Source of the DNA: a virus
DNA length: 64,000 nucleotides
Virus record (IMG/VR): IMGVR_UViG_3300032046_000005
Location: 32,001-96,000 of that record
Direction: 5' to 3' (one strand)
Shown: piece by piece, positions 20,076 through 29,850 of the stretch
How the letters are laid out: every line of letters starts with the position of its first letter
Position numbering within the stretch: position 1 is the first letter of the stretch
Made by a program: the position numbers and the translations under genes
The notes under the pieces: model-generated
The model's database searches: none
What the model was told of the DNA's origin: nothing
What the model saw: only the letters and a program-made list of their open reading frames with translations

Positions 20076-20750
20076 CTATTTCATATAAAAAAGATTATGC
20101 GCTTCTGATTGAGTTCTTCTTGGAATATTGAAATATTCCATATTATTTCGAATAGTTGTTTCGTTTGTGTTTTTTAACTTAGCAATTTCAATAGCAGATT
20201 TTTGATTTTTTTCAAGTGTTCTTTCTTTCATATTTTTTTCTGTTAGCCAATATAATTCAATTAATTCTTTTTTTGTGAAATTTACACATTCATTTTGTTT
20301 CATATATTGTAATTTCTTTGATTCTCTTTGAGTTCTTTCTTTCATGTTAAAATTTTTCATATTTCTTAAAATTGTTTGTTTTGTACAATTTTTAATTTTT
20401 CCTATTTCATTGTTTGTTTTCTGATTAATATCTAAAATATTATGTTCCATATTATATTCAGAAATCCAATATAGTTTGATTAATTCTTCTCTTGAAAATA
20501 AAAAGATTTTTTTCTTTCTATCATTATGACATTTATCACATTTTTCTGTATAATCTTTTATATCTCTAGTATATGGATTAGGATGTTTGTTGAATGTCCA
20601 ACTTGTTCTGACTCTTCTTCCACAAATTTCGCATATTCCTTTTCTTGGATAATTTCTATTTAACCATATATGAATTGAATTATTACCTGCTTTATCTCCT
20701 TTCCAATTATGGTGGTTTTCTCTATATTTATATGACTTTTTCTTAATCAT
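20076..20750 (-). CDS. HNH-like homing endonuclease-related protein with two HTH modules
   Basis: NWKG...IHIWL..CEICG...CDKCH; two LIxLYW..E...EI.K...TI..N repeats; real ATG at 20750 (track extension is low-complexity). Confidence 0.6.
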   Translation of the reverse strand: MIKKKSYKYRENHHNWKGDKAGNNSIHIWLNRNYPRKGICEICGRRVRTSWTFNKHPNPYTRDIKDYTEKCDKCHNDRKKKIFLFSREELIKLYWISEYNMEHNILDINQKTNNEIGKIKNCTKQTILRNMKNFNMKERTQRESKKLQYMKQNECVNFTKKELIELYWLTEKNMKERTLEKNQKSAIEIAKLKNTNETTIRNNMEYFNIPRRTQSEAHNLFYMK

Positions 20751-20885
20751 ATATATAAAAACAACATCATCTAAGATTAATTTGATGATTATAAAATAAA
20801 AATATAAAAAAAAGAAAAAAAATAAAAAAATTAATTTGGTTCTTTCAAACCAATATTTCAATTAATAGTATTGTTAGAATGCTTC

Positions 20886-21857
20886 CTAAGTTAATGTCAA
20901 AGTGCCCGTCCGTTGTATGGCAGTGCTATATCGTTCAATCAAGCGTCCTGACCATATTAATAACCATTCGTAATATGCATTGTTGGTTCCACCACTATGT
21001 TCCATGTGAATCCTAAAAGGATATCCTTGAACTAATTCTAAGGTTGGTACAATTCCTCTAGATCCTCTAGCTTCTCGTTGTTTTGGAGCAATCATTGCCA
21101 TGCGGTATTTAACTCCTGAGTAATCAATGAAGTTAGGACTTGTTTCCCAATTTTGAATGTATTTCTTTTCGAGTATTCGTTGATGTTCAGTAATACCTAC
21201 TGTTGAAAAGAAATGGTTTTCTAATTCAGCGTATTTTTCTGTAGTTAAGTCTGAGAAAATTGGATATTTTGGCAAGTTATGTCCTGCAGTTAGCAAGGCA
21301 TTTTTCATTGTAACAATTGTTGCTAAATAGTCCCCAGCAGTTTGCATGTCATCGTCTCCATCAATTCCTCCAGCAATCGTTGTTCCTCCATTGAATATTC
21401 CAGTGAACTCTCCTTTACCTTTGAAAGGATCCATAGTTGATACTGGATTTTTCATTTCGTCTCCCCAAGCTAAAAATTGATCTACTTGGTTAACCATCAC
21501 GGGAATAGTTCTCTTGACTGTTTCTTTTATCAAATCTCCATTAATCAATTGATTGTTTTTAAATTTATCAACATCTTGTAAGGAAATCTGAACTTTACAA
21601 GCCAAGTAAAGTAATCCAATTGTGGTCTCGCCGAAACGAGGTACGATTATGTTAGCATCGTGTATTGAACTTGACATCTGTGCTCCATCTGGTTTCTTCC
21701 AATCAAAGTATGTGAGTTTATCTATACCTTCTCCTATGTTTCTTACTAATCCATTCGTATTAAAAAAGTTCCATAATGTCGGTTGTACAAGAACGAATTC
21801 CCATACATACTTTTCTATCGTTTTGGATAGTAATTCATTAAACATTTCGCCTACCAT
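20886..21857 (-). CDS. major capsid protein (HK97 fold, encapsulin/linocin-like)
   Basis: 323 aa, downstream of scaffold and decoration protein; QFLAWGD..TGIFNG spine-helix motif; C-terminal GRLIERYSTAI. Confidence 0.85.
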   Translation of the reverse strand: MVGEMFNELLSKTIEKYVWEFVLVQPTLWNFFNTNGLVRNIGEGIDKLTYFDWKKPDGAQMSSSIHDANIIVPRFGETTIGLLYLACKVQISLQDVDKFKNNQLINGDLIKETVKRTIPVMVNQVDQFLAWGDEMKNPVSTMDPFKGKGEFTGIFNGGTTIAGGIDGDDDMQTAGDYLATIVTMKNALLTAGHNLPKYPIFSDLTTEKYAELENHFFSTVGITEHQRILEKKYIQNWETSPNFIDYSGVKYRMAMIAPKQREARGSRGIVPTLELVQGYPFRIHMEHSGGTNNAYYEWLLIWSGRLIERYSTAIQRTGTLTLT

Positions 21858-21861
21858 GTGT

Positions 21862-22353
21862 TTAGTTCTTCACCCATCTGGCATAAAAGTATTTTCGAGT
21901 AGCGCTTGCACCTGTTACGGCTTCTAAAGCAATCATTTGAAAGTTATCGTTTGTATCTGCAACGGCAAACACTCCATCAACGCATTTGAGTTTATTCCCT
22001 TTCGCAATTGTAGTATTCGTTTCAGATAAAACAAGAATATCTATTCCTTGTTTTGGAACTCCTACACGAATCCACGAATTATCAGCAAAGGGATGATCAT
22101 AGTCTCTATAAAATATTCCAGTTGCATCAATTGTTTCTACTTGTGGCATATATTGTAATGCAAATCCAAAAATAGCTTCATTTTCTCCACATAAATCGAT
22201 ATCAGATTGTCCTGCTTCGCCATATTCTGTCACAGCCATACCAATTGCTATATCAGAACCAGTACATTGTCTATCAACCACTCTTTCCCATTGTCCCTTA
22301 TAAAGTAAAGTACTAATTGCTAAACCTATAAGAGTCGTTCCTAATGATACCAT
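21862..22353 (-). CDS. capsid decoration/cement protein
   Basis: IAIGMAV...FGFA...TIAKGNKL beta-tulip-like pattern, between scaffold and MCP. Confidence 0.7.
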   Translation of the reverse strand: MVSLGTTLIGLAISTLLYKGQWERVVDRQCTGSDIAIGMAVTEYGEAGQSDIDLCGENEAIFGFALQYMPQVETIDATGIFYRDYDHPFADNSWIRVGVPKQGIDILVLSETNTTIAKGNKLKCVDGVFAVADTNDNFQMIALEAVTGASATRKYFYARWVKN

Positions 22354-22359
22354 TTTTTA

Positions 22360-23562
22360 TTATGCCTCTAGAAAGTAACGTTTTTTCATATCATCTGCCA
22401 TAGATTTGAAGTCTTCTTCCTTTAATTCCGGTTCGATAAGATCTTCAGTATCTCTTTTGATTGCCATTTCAAATCGTTTTTCTAATTTTTCTAGTTCTTG
22501 AATCGAATCGTTTTTCAACTCTTCTACAGGAATTTGAAAATCGTTAGAAATTCTTTTTACGATTTCTTGTCGTTTAGCTTCTTTTTCTTTAGTTTCTTTT
22601 TCGTCAACTTTAGCCTTGAATGCAAGAAAGTCTTTTTTGAACGAATCTAATTCTTTATCAGCTTTTTCTTTATCAGCTTTTAAGGTTTTTAATTCTTCAT
22701 ATTTTGATTTCAAGAAATCGTATTCTTTAGCGCACACTTCAACAGTGTCACCTTTTTCTTTCTTTTCTCCAGGTTTTTCAGTTTCTGGTTCTTCCTCTTC
22801 TTCTTCCTCTTCTTTTTCAGGTTCTTTTTCTTCTTTAGTCATGTCTTTCTTTTCAGGTTCTTTTTCTTCTTTAATATCGCTTGTATTCGTATTTTCTGAT
22901 CCTTGTTTTTTCATTTTACTTTTCACTTCTTTCGCACACTGCTCCCTAGACTTTTTGGTTTGTTCCATGCATTGGGAAATTCTTCGTTCCATCATTGCCG
23001 TGGAACCATCCGGTTTAGTCTCGGAAGTTTGTGTCATTTCGAAATCCGTTTTACTTTCGCCTTTTGTTTCATTCTTAATAGCGTTTGTTTCGTTTTTACT
23101 CAAATTCGAATCGTCAACAATTCCATCTATTTCATCAAGCAACATGTCATCGGTAAAGTCTTTCTTACCTCTCATTGTCTTGAAAGCTTTAGCAAGTTTT
23201 GCTTTTGCTTGAATTGATTTACTATCTGAATTCAATCCAGCTTCTATGCATTTATCGCCTACTTTACCATCCTTTCCCATCAAACCTTTCGATTTACACC
23301 AAACTCTAAACGAACCTGGTTCTTTTACGGTTTCAGAAGGCAATGTTTCAGATTCAGAATCTTCGGAATTATCTTGTTCGTTCTCGTTAATAATATTGCT
23401 CAAATCTTTAGTTTCGATCACATCATCAGATTGACAATTGCAATCTTCAGTAGTATCTTCTTTCTTGAGATCCAACTTGTATATTTCATCGTCTTTGTCA
23501 ACATAGTAAAGATCGTTCTCTACTTGGTAAAAACGATGTTCTGAGTCTTTTACTTCAGACAT
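22360..23562 (-). CDS. capsid scaffolding protein
   Basis: Acidic, KEEKEPEK repeats, coiled coil, between protease and MCP. Confidence 0.75.
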   Translation of the reverse strand: MSEVKDSEHRFYQVENDLYYVDKDDEIYKLDLKKEDTTEDCNCQSDDVIETKDLSNIINENEQDNSEDSESETLPSETVKEPGSFRVWCKSKGLMGKDGKVGDKCIEAGLNSDSKSIQAKAKLAKAFKTMRGKKDFTDDMLLDEIDGIVDDSNLSKNETNAIKNETKGESKTDFEMTQTSETKPDGSTAMMERRISQCMEQTKKSREQCAKEVKSKMKKQGSENTNTSDIKEEKEPEKKDMTKEEKEPEKEEEEEEEEPETEKPGEKKEKGDTVEVCAKEYDFLKSKYEELKTLKADKEKADKELDSFKKDFLAFKAKVDEKETKEKEAKRQEIVKRISNDFQIPVEELKNDSIQELEKLEKRFEMAIKRDTEDLIEPELKEEDFKSMADDMKKRYFLEA

Positions 23563-23809
23563 TTATTTTTTGTCTTTTGGTTATTTAAAACAAATAGTAT
23601 ATTGTTATAAATAGATAATAATTTGTTTATATCTAATAGATTAATTGATTTTTTTTGTTCTTTTTTTCGTTTGAAATAGATTTTTTCAAGTTACAAAGAT
23701 CTTTTTCAGTTGTATCAAGACTTTTTTCGATTGAATCTCGAATCGTTATTTCTTGTTCGCGCATATAAATATATTAATACTTTTTTTAATCTAATATTTT
23801 TATTATTGA

Positions 23810-24646
23810 TTAATTATTAATGGTTTTTTTTACGCTTACAACACACGGTATGCCATTAGCGGTCGAGCAGCGATCCAAATCGGCGTTGGAGAGCGAAATT
23901 GCGAGGTGATCCAAATAAAGGATTTTCTGAATTCCGTTTTCAACTTCATCCTTAAACCCAATGCTCACATTATAACCACCTCTTTTCGGATTGAGTAAAT
24001 CTGTTACTTCGGCTATGTTTTTAAACATTACAACATCTCCATACATTACTTCTTTTTCATCATCAGGAGACCAGTTTGCAGCATAGCCAATGACTTCTGC
24101 AGCGTGGGCATTTTTTTCTATTGATCCTTTTAATGGAATATAATCAGTTTTTCCAAATACATCTTTGATATTATTCCATTCTTTCTTCAATATTATTTTT
24201 TGTCCGTCTTTTGTGTATTCAAATTCATTTGCTCGTGTAAGAATTCCATGTAAAACTGTGAAGTCCTCGTTCATTTTCTCGTTGAAGTCTTTCGTGATGT
24301 CGTTGAACGTGTCAATTTCAACGAAGTCTTCGGTCATATTATCAACGAAATCTTTTCTTGCACATTCGTCTCTACAAATTTCTTGTAAATCGCTCAAGAA
24401 ATGTGTAAATTCTTTTTGTAAATTTAGATCATTTTTAATTTCATCCCAATCGAGATGAAGTAAAGTATCATTATATACATCTATCGTTTCTCTTAAATCT
24501 TCAAGAAATATTTTGCTTTCTCCTCTCACATGTTCTTTTACTGAATGTTCGATTCCTTTTTTTGATGTTCGCTCATATTCAGAAACAGGATAATCTTCAG
24601 TAAAATCATTAATATTTCCAATGCATTTAGCGATTATCTTTTTCAT
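23810..24646 (-). CDS. DUF2213-like prohead maturation protease
   Basis: LTRANEFEY, H, NVSIGF, IQKILYLDHLAI..RC motifs; position in head module. Confidence 0.7.
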   Translation of the reverse strand: MKKIIAKCIGNINDFTEDYPVSEYERTSKKGIEHSVKEHVRGESKIFLEDLRETIDVYNDTLLHLDWDEIKNDLNLQKEFTHFLSDLQEICRDECARKDFVDNMTEDFVEIDTFNDITKDFNEKMNEDFTVLHGILTRANEFEYTKDGQKIILKKEWNNIKDVFGKTDYIPLKGSIEKNAHAAEVIGYAANWSPDDEKEVMYGDVVMFKNIAEVTDLLNPKRGGYNVSIGFKDEVENGIQKILYLDHLAISLSNADLDRCSTANGIPCVVSVKKTINN

Positions 24647-24957
24647 ATTATTTCATTACACTGTATATATTATGTGAATTATCAGGTTTTTTCTTTATGC
24701 ACGATCTTCCTTCGTAATGAACTCGACCACATTTTCTGCATTCTTTTTTTATTGTTGCTTTTTCCATTTTTACATCTTCATTTTTTTGTTAATTTTTAAA
24801 TGATTTTTAATTACTAATAATTTAATTCTTTTTATCTTCAACATCAACAATTCTTGCAATTCCCATCTTGACTAATTGTTGAGCTTGTTCTTCAGTAATA
24901 TCTTTTTCAATTATTGCTGAATCAAAAAAGATTTTATCGTTTTCTTTAAACTTGATT

Positions 24958-27360
24958 TCAATTATTCTTTTCATATTTTTTCATTCTTTCTCTAAAAAAT
25001 TTACTTATTTCCGGAAAGTATTGGTATTGTTTTTTATTTTCTTTCCAACTTTCCCAAATATATAAAGGTTTTTTTACTTCATAATATCGTTTAAAACTTT
25101 CAGCAAACAATTCTTGAACATCGTTAGCTTCATATCTCAATCCTTCAGCCATATTTTTTTTATATTCGTATTCAAAACTTCCTTTTTTATCATCTGCTTC
25201 TTTTTCCCAAATATCAGCATCATGTAACATTATTTTTTTGTATTTTTTATGAATGCTTTTAAAGATTTCTTGATCGTGCAGAGTTAATCCATACCAAACC
25301 GAATGTCCAAGTTCGTGTCTAGTAGTTGATGGCATTGCTTTTCTGTTTAATATTATATTATTGTTTCCAATCAAATAAACTCCTTCAATATCGTTATATT
25401 TTCTAGTCCAACCAACTTTTTTATATGCTTCTGGAACTTTTCCATTGTCATCTTTCATATTTGGGTCATCAGTTATTTGGTTATAAACTCTTACCTCATT
25501 TACCATTGCTTTTAATCGAAACGGAAAACTTCTGATTGTTTCGTCAATTACTCGAATTTCCCAAGGATCTCTCGTTAAATCTATGTTTTTATCAACCTTC
25601 AAACTTAATTCTGATTTTTGGTAAGGTTCGTCTGAAAAATAACCTTTATACAATATTGCATTCAATTCTTCTGGAGTATAATATTTTGGTTTAGGAGGAT
25701 TTCTAATCTTGTATAAATGTTGCCTTCCTACGGTTGAATTGAACCAATGATATGATTGACAAAATGTGCAAAAATATTTACGTTTCAAATCTTCGGTTAA
25801 ATCGTTAAAATCATTCAATTGCAAAACATTGAATTCATGAAAGTCAATGCGGGGCAATCCCAACACTCCTCCACCAGTTCTAAATCCTTTAATCTTCATT
25901 TCTCTCATTCCTTCTCTTGCTTGAAGCCATTTTTCGACTCTTGAACCAATGTCGGGATTTTGAGTTGGATTAGGAGTTGTTCGTTTCATTTGTCTTACAA
26001 TTTCGTCAAACTTCTTGACTCTTGTAACGGGAACTCGATTCGAAACCGTGTATGGAACTAATGATGCTGTTGTTCCTCCAATCGTTTTAATTTCTGGATG
26101 AAAATATGCGGGACCTAATTTTGATGATGTTACTTTTTCTCCTGCTTGATGTCCTCTAAGATTTTTCCACACCCAACGACCAGGAGAACCGCTTTTAAGA
26201 AGGGATTTCCACGCTTCTTCTGCTACTTCTGGAGATTGGAATTTATATCGATATGTTCTTTGAGGAGTTAACCCTTTTGGGTGAAATTGAACAAGTAATT
26301 CGTTATTGAATTGTCCTCCAGCTTTAACGTTTGTACTTGAAACAGGAGTGAGTTGTTTTGTGTATTTTTCGAGGTTTTCTAGTATTTCTCCTTGAATTTC
26401 AGCGCCAGTTTCTGTATTGGTTAACGAAAATGGAACAGTTATACTTTGAACTGGTCCAACTTCAAATGCTTCCTCGCCAAGTTGTGATCGAATCGATTTA
26501 CCAACGGTCGTTCGTTTAGCTCCAGAAATCATTGCACTAGGAGTTCCTTTCTTCAAACCTCTTATGTCTTCAGTGAAATCGTTTATTGTGTCAAATGTGT
26601 TTGCAATGTCTTCTAATGTTTCGCTTAATGATTTAGGTAAGGGATAATCTTCAACAAAATTATAAGCAATTATTCCTTTTTTGAGATAATAATCATTAAA
26701 TGTTTTTGAAGCAAATGCTTTATCAATAACAAGAGTTGGAATATTCAACAATCTTGCTAAAGTAATATCTCCTCTTCGTAAAAGATCAATATCTTTCCAA
26801 TCTTTTCTGGCTTTTTCTTTTACTGAAATAATTAATGGACTAATTCTTTTTGAACTTTCTATGATATCATACTTATCTCCATAAAATTCTTTCAAAAATA
26901 TATCTTTATCTAATTTTTCAATTTCTTTTATTAGATTTTCAGCAACTCCTTCAAAAGTTTCTGGAGGCAAATCTTTTATATCAACTTGTTTAGATAAAGT
27001 AGGAATTCCTATTGATTGTAAATAACAATCAAAACCTATAACTCCTATATTTGTTTCAAGAGCTTTTTTTAATTGTCTTCCACAAATTTCACATTTTGCG
27101 TGATATTCTTTTTTTATGATAATTTTATTTACTTTTATATTTTGTTTATTCTTTATAAGTTCTTTGTCTTTTTCAACTTTTTCTTTTTTATATTCTTCGA
27201 GTTTAATGATTTTGTTCTGTAATTGATTATGTAAATGTTCTTTACCAACATCAGAATCAAAGTAATGATTAGACTTGCAGATGTTACAAAAATATGTATT
27301 CTTGTTATCTAGAGCAATTTCTCCAATGCTTTCTAGATGTATTGGTTTATAAACTTTCAT
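24958..27360 (-). CDS. polyvalent head-associated protein: two Zn fingers, DUF6011-like finger, KTSC domain, C-terminal zincin metallopeptidase
   Basis: YFCNICKSNH..GKEHL; CEICGRQL..GFDC; VSSTNV..ELLVQF..TYRY..SGSPGRWVWKNLR; HELGH...ELFAESF; ATG 27360 follows GAGATA RBS. Confidence 0.7.
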   Translation of the reverse strand: MKVYKPIHLESIGEIALDNKNTYFCNICKSNHYFDSDVGKEHLHNQLQNKIIKLEEYKKEKVEKDKELIKNKQNIKVNKIIIKKEYHAKCEICGRQLKKALETNIGVIGFDCYLQSIGIPTLSKQVDIKDLPPETFEGVAENLIKEIEKLDKDIFLKEFYGDKYDIIESSKRISPLIISVKEKARKDWKDIDLLRRGDITLARLLNIPTLVIDKAFASKTFNDYYLKKGIIAYNFVEDYPLPKSLSETLEDIANTFDTINDFTEDIRGLKKGTPSAMISGAKRTTVGKSIRSQLGEEAFEVGPVQSITVPFSLTNTETGAEIQGEILENLEKYTKQLTPVSSTNVKAGGQFNNELLVQFHPKGLTPQRTYRYKFQSPEVAEEAWKSLLKSGSPGRWVWKNLRGHQAGEKVTSSKLGPAYFHPEIKTIGGTTASLVPYTVSNRVPVTRVKKFDEIVRQMKRTTPNPTQNPDIGSRVEKWLQAREGMREMKIKGFRTGGGVLGLPRIDFHEFNVLQLNDFNDLTEDLKRKYFCTFCQSYHWFNSTVGRQHLYKIRNPPKPKYYTPEELNAILYKGYFSDEPYQKSELSLKVDKNIDLTRDPWEIRVIDETIRSFPFRLKAMVNEVRVYNQITDDPNMKDDNGKVPEAYKKVGWTRKYNDIEGVYLIGNNNIILNRKAMPSTTRHELGHSVWYGLTLHDQEIFKSIHKKYKKIMLHDADIWEKEADDKKGSFEYEYKKNMAEGLRYEANDVQELFAESFKRYYEVKKPLYIWESWKENKKQYQYFPEISKFFRERMKKYEKNN

Positions 27361-28939
27361 TATCTCGTAAATTTCCCACACGAATCATTTTCACTTTCTT
27401 GAAATCTTTCTTATTTTTTGGTTCGAGAATCGTTTGAACCTTGAACTTGCCGTTCACGCGACAACCAACTGCTTTTTTACCTTTTCCAATGTTGAATGTT
27501 CGATATGTACCTTCTTCACATTCAGAAGGATCAAACTGTTGTTTTCGTATGAAGTTTTCAGTTTCGTGAATTTTTATCGTGTCTTTTGCAAATTTATGTT
27601 TGGCTCTTTCCTTTTCTTCCTCATATTCCATTTTCTGATGCTGTTTATGAGTTTCTTTATCAAGTTTTTCAAATTTTTTAGTTAATTTTGGATTATGGAC
27701 AATTTCTTCTTTTGTTTCTCCTTTAATTCCTTGTAATTCGTTCATTTCTCTTTCCAATTTCTTGATTTCGTGAATCAATCGAACTCTTTTTTCTATTTTC
27801 AAGTTTTTAGCTTTTTTGATTCTTTCATAATATTTAGCAAATGGAACGAGTGTTTTTTTCTTATGCGCTATGATATCCATCAAGATCATTATCAGTTCTT
27901 TAAGAACACTCTTAATGTTTGGATCGTTATCAGATAAGTGTCGTAATGTATCAACGCGTTTGTTAACTGCCTCTTGTTTTCTTTTCACGCGATAATTTTT
28001 CCATTCTTGATCTTTTTCTTTCTTTATTGATTCTTTTTTTGGATGTTCTTTATTGTGTTCTGATTCTGCTCGTTCTCGTTCGTATCCGGTTTGTTCGATC
28101 AACTTTTGAACTCCTTTTTCGCGTTCAGAAAGTTCTTTTTCTTTCTTGGTTGGTTTTTTAGGTTGTTTTGGTTCACTTGGTTCTTTCTTAATTACTTTCT
28201 TTTTCTTTACTTTTTCTTCTTTCAAGCCTTCGTAAAACTTTTTCTTGCTTTCTTCTTTTTCTCGTGGCGTTCTTTCCTTTTCCTTGTTTGCTATAAAGTT
28301 CTTAATTGCCTGTGCTTGAGTCTCTCCTTCGTTCATGCACACGTGTGTTCCTCTTATGGTTATCCAGTTGCATTTCGATGCGTCAAAATCTGTTTTTGAT
28401 TCAAAAACATTATTGATTTGCCATAAATTATTTTTTGGTAATTTGATTTTTGAAAATGCTTTAAATATGACTGCATATCTTATACTATCTTTATCTTCAT
28501 CTACTTTTTGAAATTCAATGTTCTTAATATCTTGTTTTGCAAGTTCATGTTCAAATTCTTCTTCATGACCTTTATCAATCCACACATCAATTTCTGTTTC
28601 TTTAAGTTCTTTTTTTTGTTTAACCAACTGTCTTTTTTCTCGTTGTTTTTCGAGTATTTCTCCTGTTTTTTCCCAAGACTGTTTCCATTCTGGTTGATTG
28701 TATTGTTCAAGTGATTTTTGACTCTTGTTCAAATGTTCTCTTCCTTTTTCAGAATCATAAAAATGATTGCTTTTACATATGTTGCAATAATAAGTATTTT
28801 TATTATCTTCCACAAAATCCTCGTCAAGATCCTTGAACACTTCCTCAAGCAAATCGCGCTCGTCAAAATCTGGATGTATTTTCTTTAATTCGTTGTATTT
28901 CCGAATTATCGTTTCGTGTTTGAAATCTGTTTCTAACAT
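27347..28939 (-). CDS. multimodular head-associated protein (Zn finger, WITIRGTHV module, RKQQFDP module)
   Basis: YYCNICKSNH..GREHL; WITIRGTHV resembles the WITxNGxH motif of phage head proteins; Lys/Glu-rich. Confidence 0.6.
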   Translation of the reverse strand: MLETDFKHETIIRKYNELKKIHPDFDERDLLEEVFKDLDEDFVEDNKNTYYCNICKSNHFYDSEKGREHLNKSQKSLEQYNQPEWKQSWEKTGEILEKQREKRQLVKQKKELKETEIDVWIDKGHEEEFEHELAKQDIKNIEFQKVDEDKDSIRYAVIFKAFSKIKLPKNNLWQINNVFESKTDFDASKCNWITIRGTHVCMNEGETQAQAIKNFIANKEKERTPREKEESKKKFYEGLKEEKVKKKKVIKKEPSEPKQPKKPTKKEKELSEREKGVQKLIEQTGYERERAESEHNKEHPKKESIKKEKDQEWKNYRVKRKQEAVNKRVDTLRHLSDNDPNIKSVLKELIMILMDIIAHKKKTLVPFAKYYERIKKAKNLKIEKRVRLIHEIKKLEREMNELQGIKGETKEEIVHNPKLTKKFEKLDKETHKQHQKMEYEEEKERAKHKFAKDTIKIHETENFIRKQQFDPSECEEGTYRTFNIGKGKKAVGCRVNGKFKVQTILEPKNKKDFKKVKMIRVGNLRDNESL

Positions 28940-29013
28940 TATAAGTGTAAAATTTTAACAATAAAATATTTTAATGATAATAAGTAAGAATATTGAAACT
29001 AATATTTTTATCA

Positions 29014-29850
29014 TTAGATTGTTTCATTATTTTTTTCAATTTCTTTCAATCGATTGCATAATGGTTGATTTTTGTTCAATACAGACGAATATACTTGCCA
29101 ATTTCGTTCAGAAGGATTGATTGGAATCATTATAGGACGACCAAACGAGGGAAAATTCAAGAAATCTAACATTTCGTTGAAAGTTGATATTGTATAATTG
29201 TTCAAGTCTTCTAATCTGAATTTCTTGCATCTTGGATCGTTAATTTCTTTACCATATACAAGTTGATAATGTTCTTCAGTTTTTCTCATTGCAGTTTCTC
29301 TTTGTTCTCCAGTCCATTCTACATTAAAGTATAATTCATGTGCTTTTATCATTGTATCGTGATCTCTTTGAACGATTACAACTCTATCGTATTGATTTTC
29401 ATCTGGATCTTTTTTGTTTAAAAGTGCTTGAGGATCAACGTTATATACATTATTCCATTTTTTAGGCAATGGCAATCGGTTTCTTGTAGCGATCAAAGCA
29501 GAAATTTCGGTATTTTTTTTGGTTACGAATTCGATTGGAATGCCAAACATTGATTCATGAATATTGCTCAAAATTTTAATGATCCAACTGATTCCACACC
29601 TTTCTTGACTTACAAAAATTGTGTTGAGTTCATAAGGAAGCTTATTATTTAACTTTGGAAGATATGGTTTAATGTAATCTCTTCTCAAGTATAAATAATT
29701 CTCTTTTGAAATCCAATTATGCAATCTACATTCTAAATTAACACATTCTACATCAAAAAACAATTCTCCATTGCTATCAATTGCTTGTTTCAATAATAGA
29801 GGGTTTAATATTTCTCCACAATTTTTACATTTCATGATATAACACTTCAT
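29014..29850 (-). CDS. Zn ribbon plus sulfotransferase-like domain
   Basis: IFVSQERCGISW (5'-PSB-like), VVIVQRD (3'-PB-like), LEDLNNYT. Confidence 0.55.
   Translation of the reverse strand: MKCYIMKCKNCGEILNPLLLKQAIDSNGELFFDVECVNLECRLHNWISKENYLYLRRDYIKPYLPKLNNKLPYELNTIFVSQERCGISWIIKILSNIHESMFGIPIEFVTKKNTEISALIATRNRLPLPKKWNNVYNVDPQALLNKKDPDENQYDRVVIVQRDHDTMIKAHELYFNVEWTGEQRETAMRKTEEHYQLVYGKEINDPRCKKFRLEDLNNYTISTFNEMLDFLNFPSFGRPIMIPINPSERNWQVYSSVLNKNQPLCNRLKEIEKNNETI

Noticed and set aside
20751-20861. Hydrophobic N-terminal extension of the 261-aa ORF
   Set aside because: Translation of a T-rich terminator/intergenic tract; real start probably 20750
22616-23434. + strand Ser/Phe-rich ORFs (and similar antisense ORFs throughout the window)
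   Set aside because: Antisense shadows of Lys/Glu-rich genes, with no motifs or RBS
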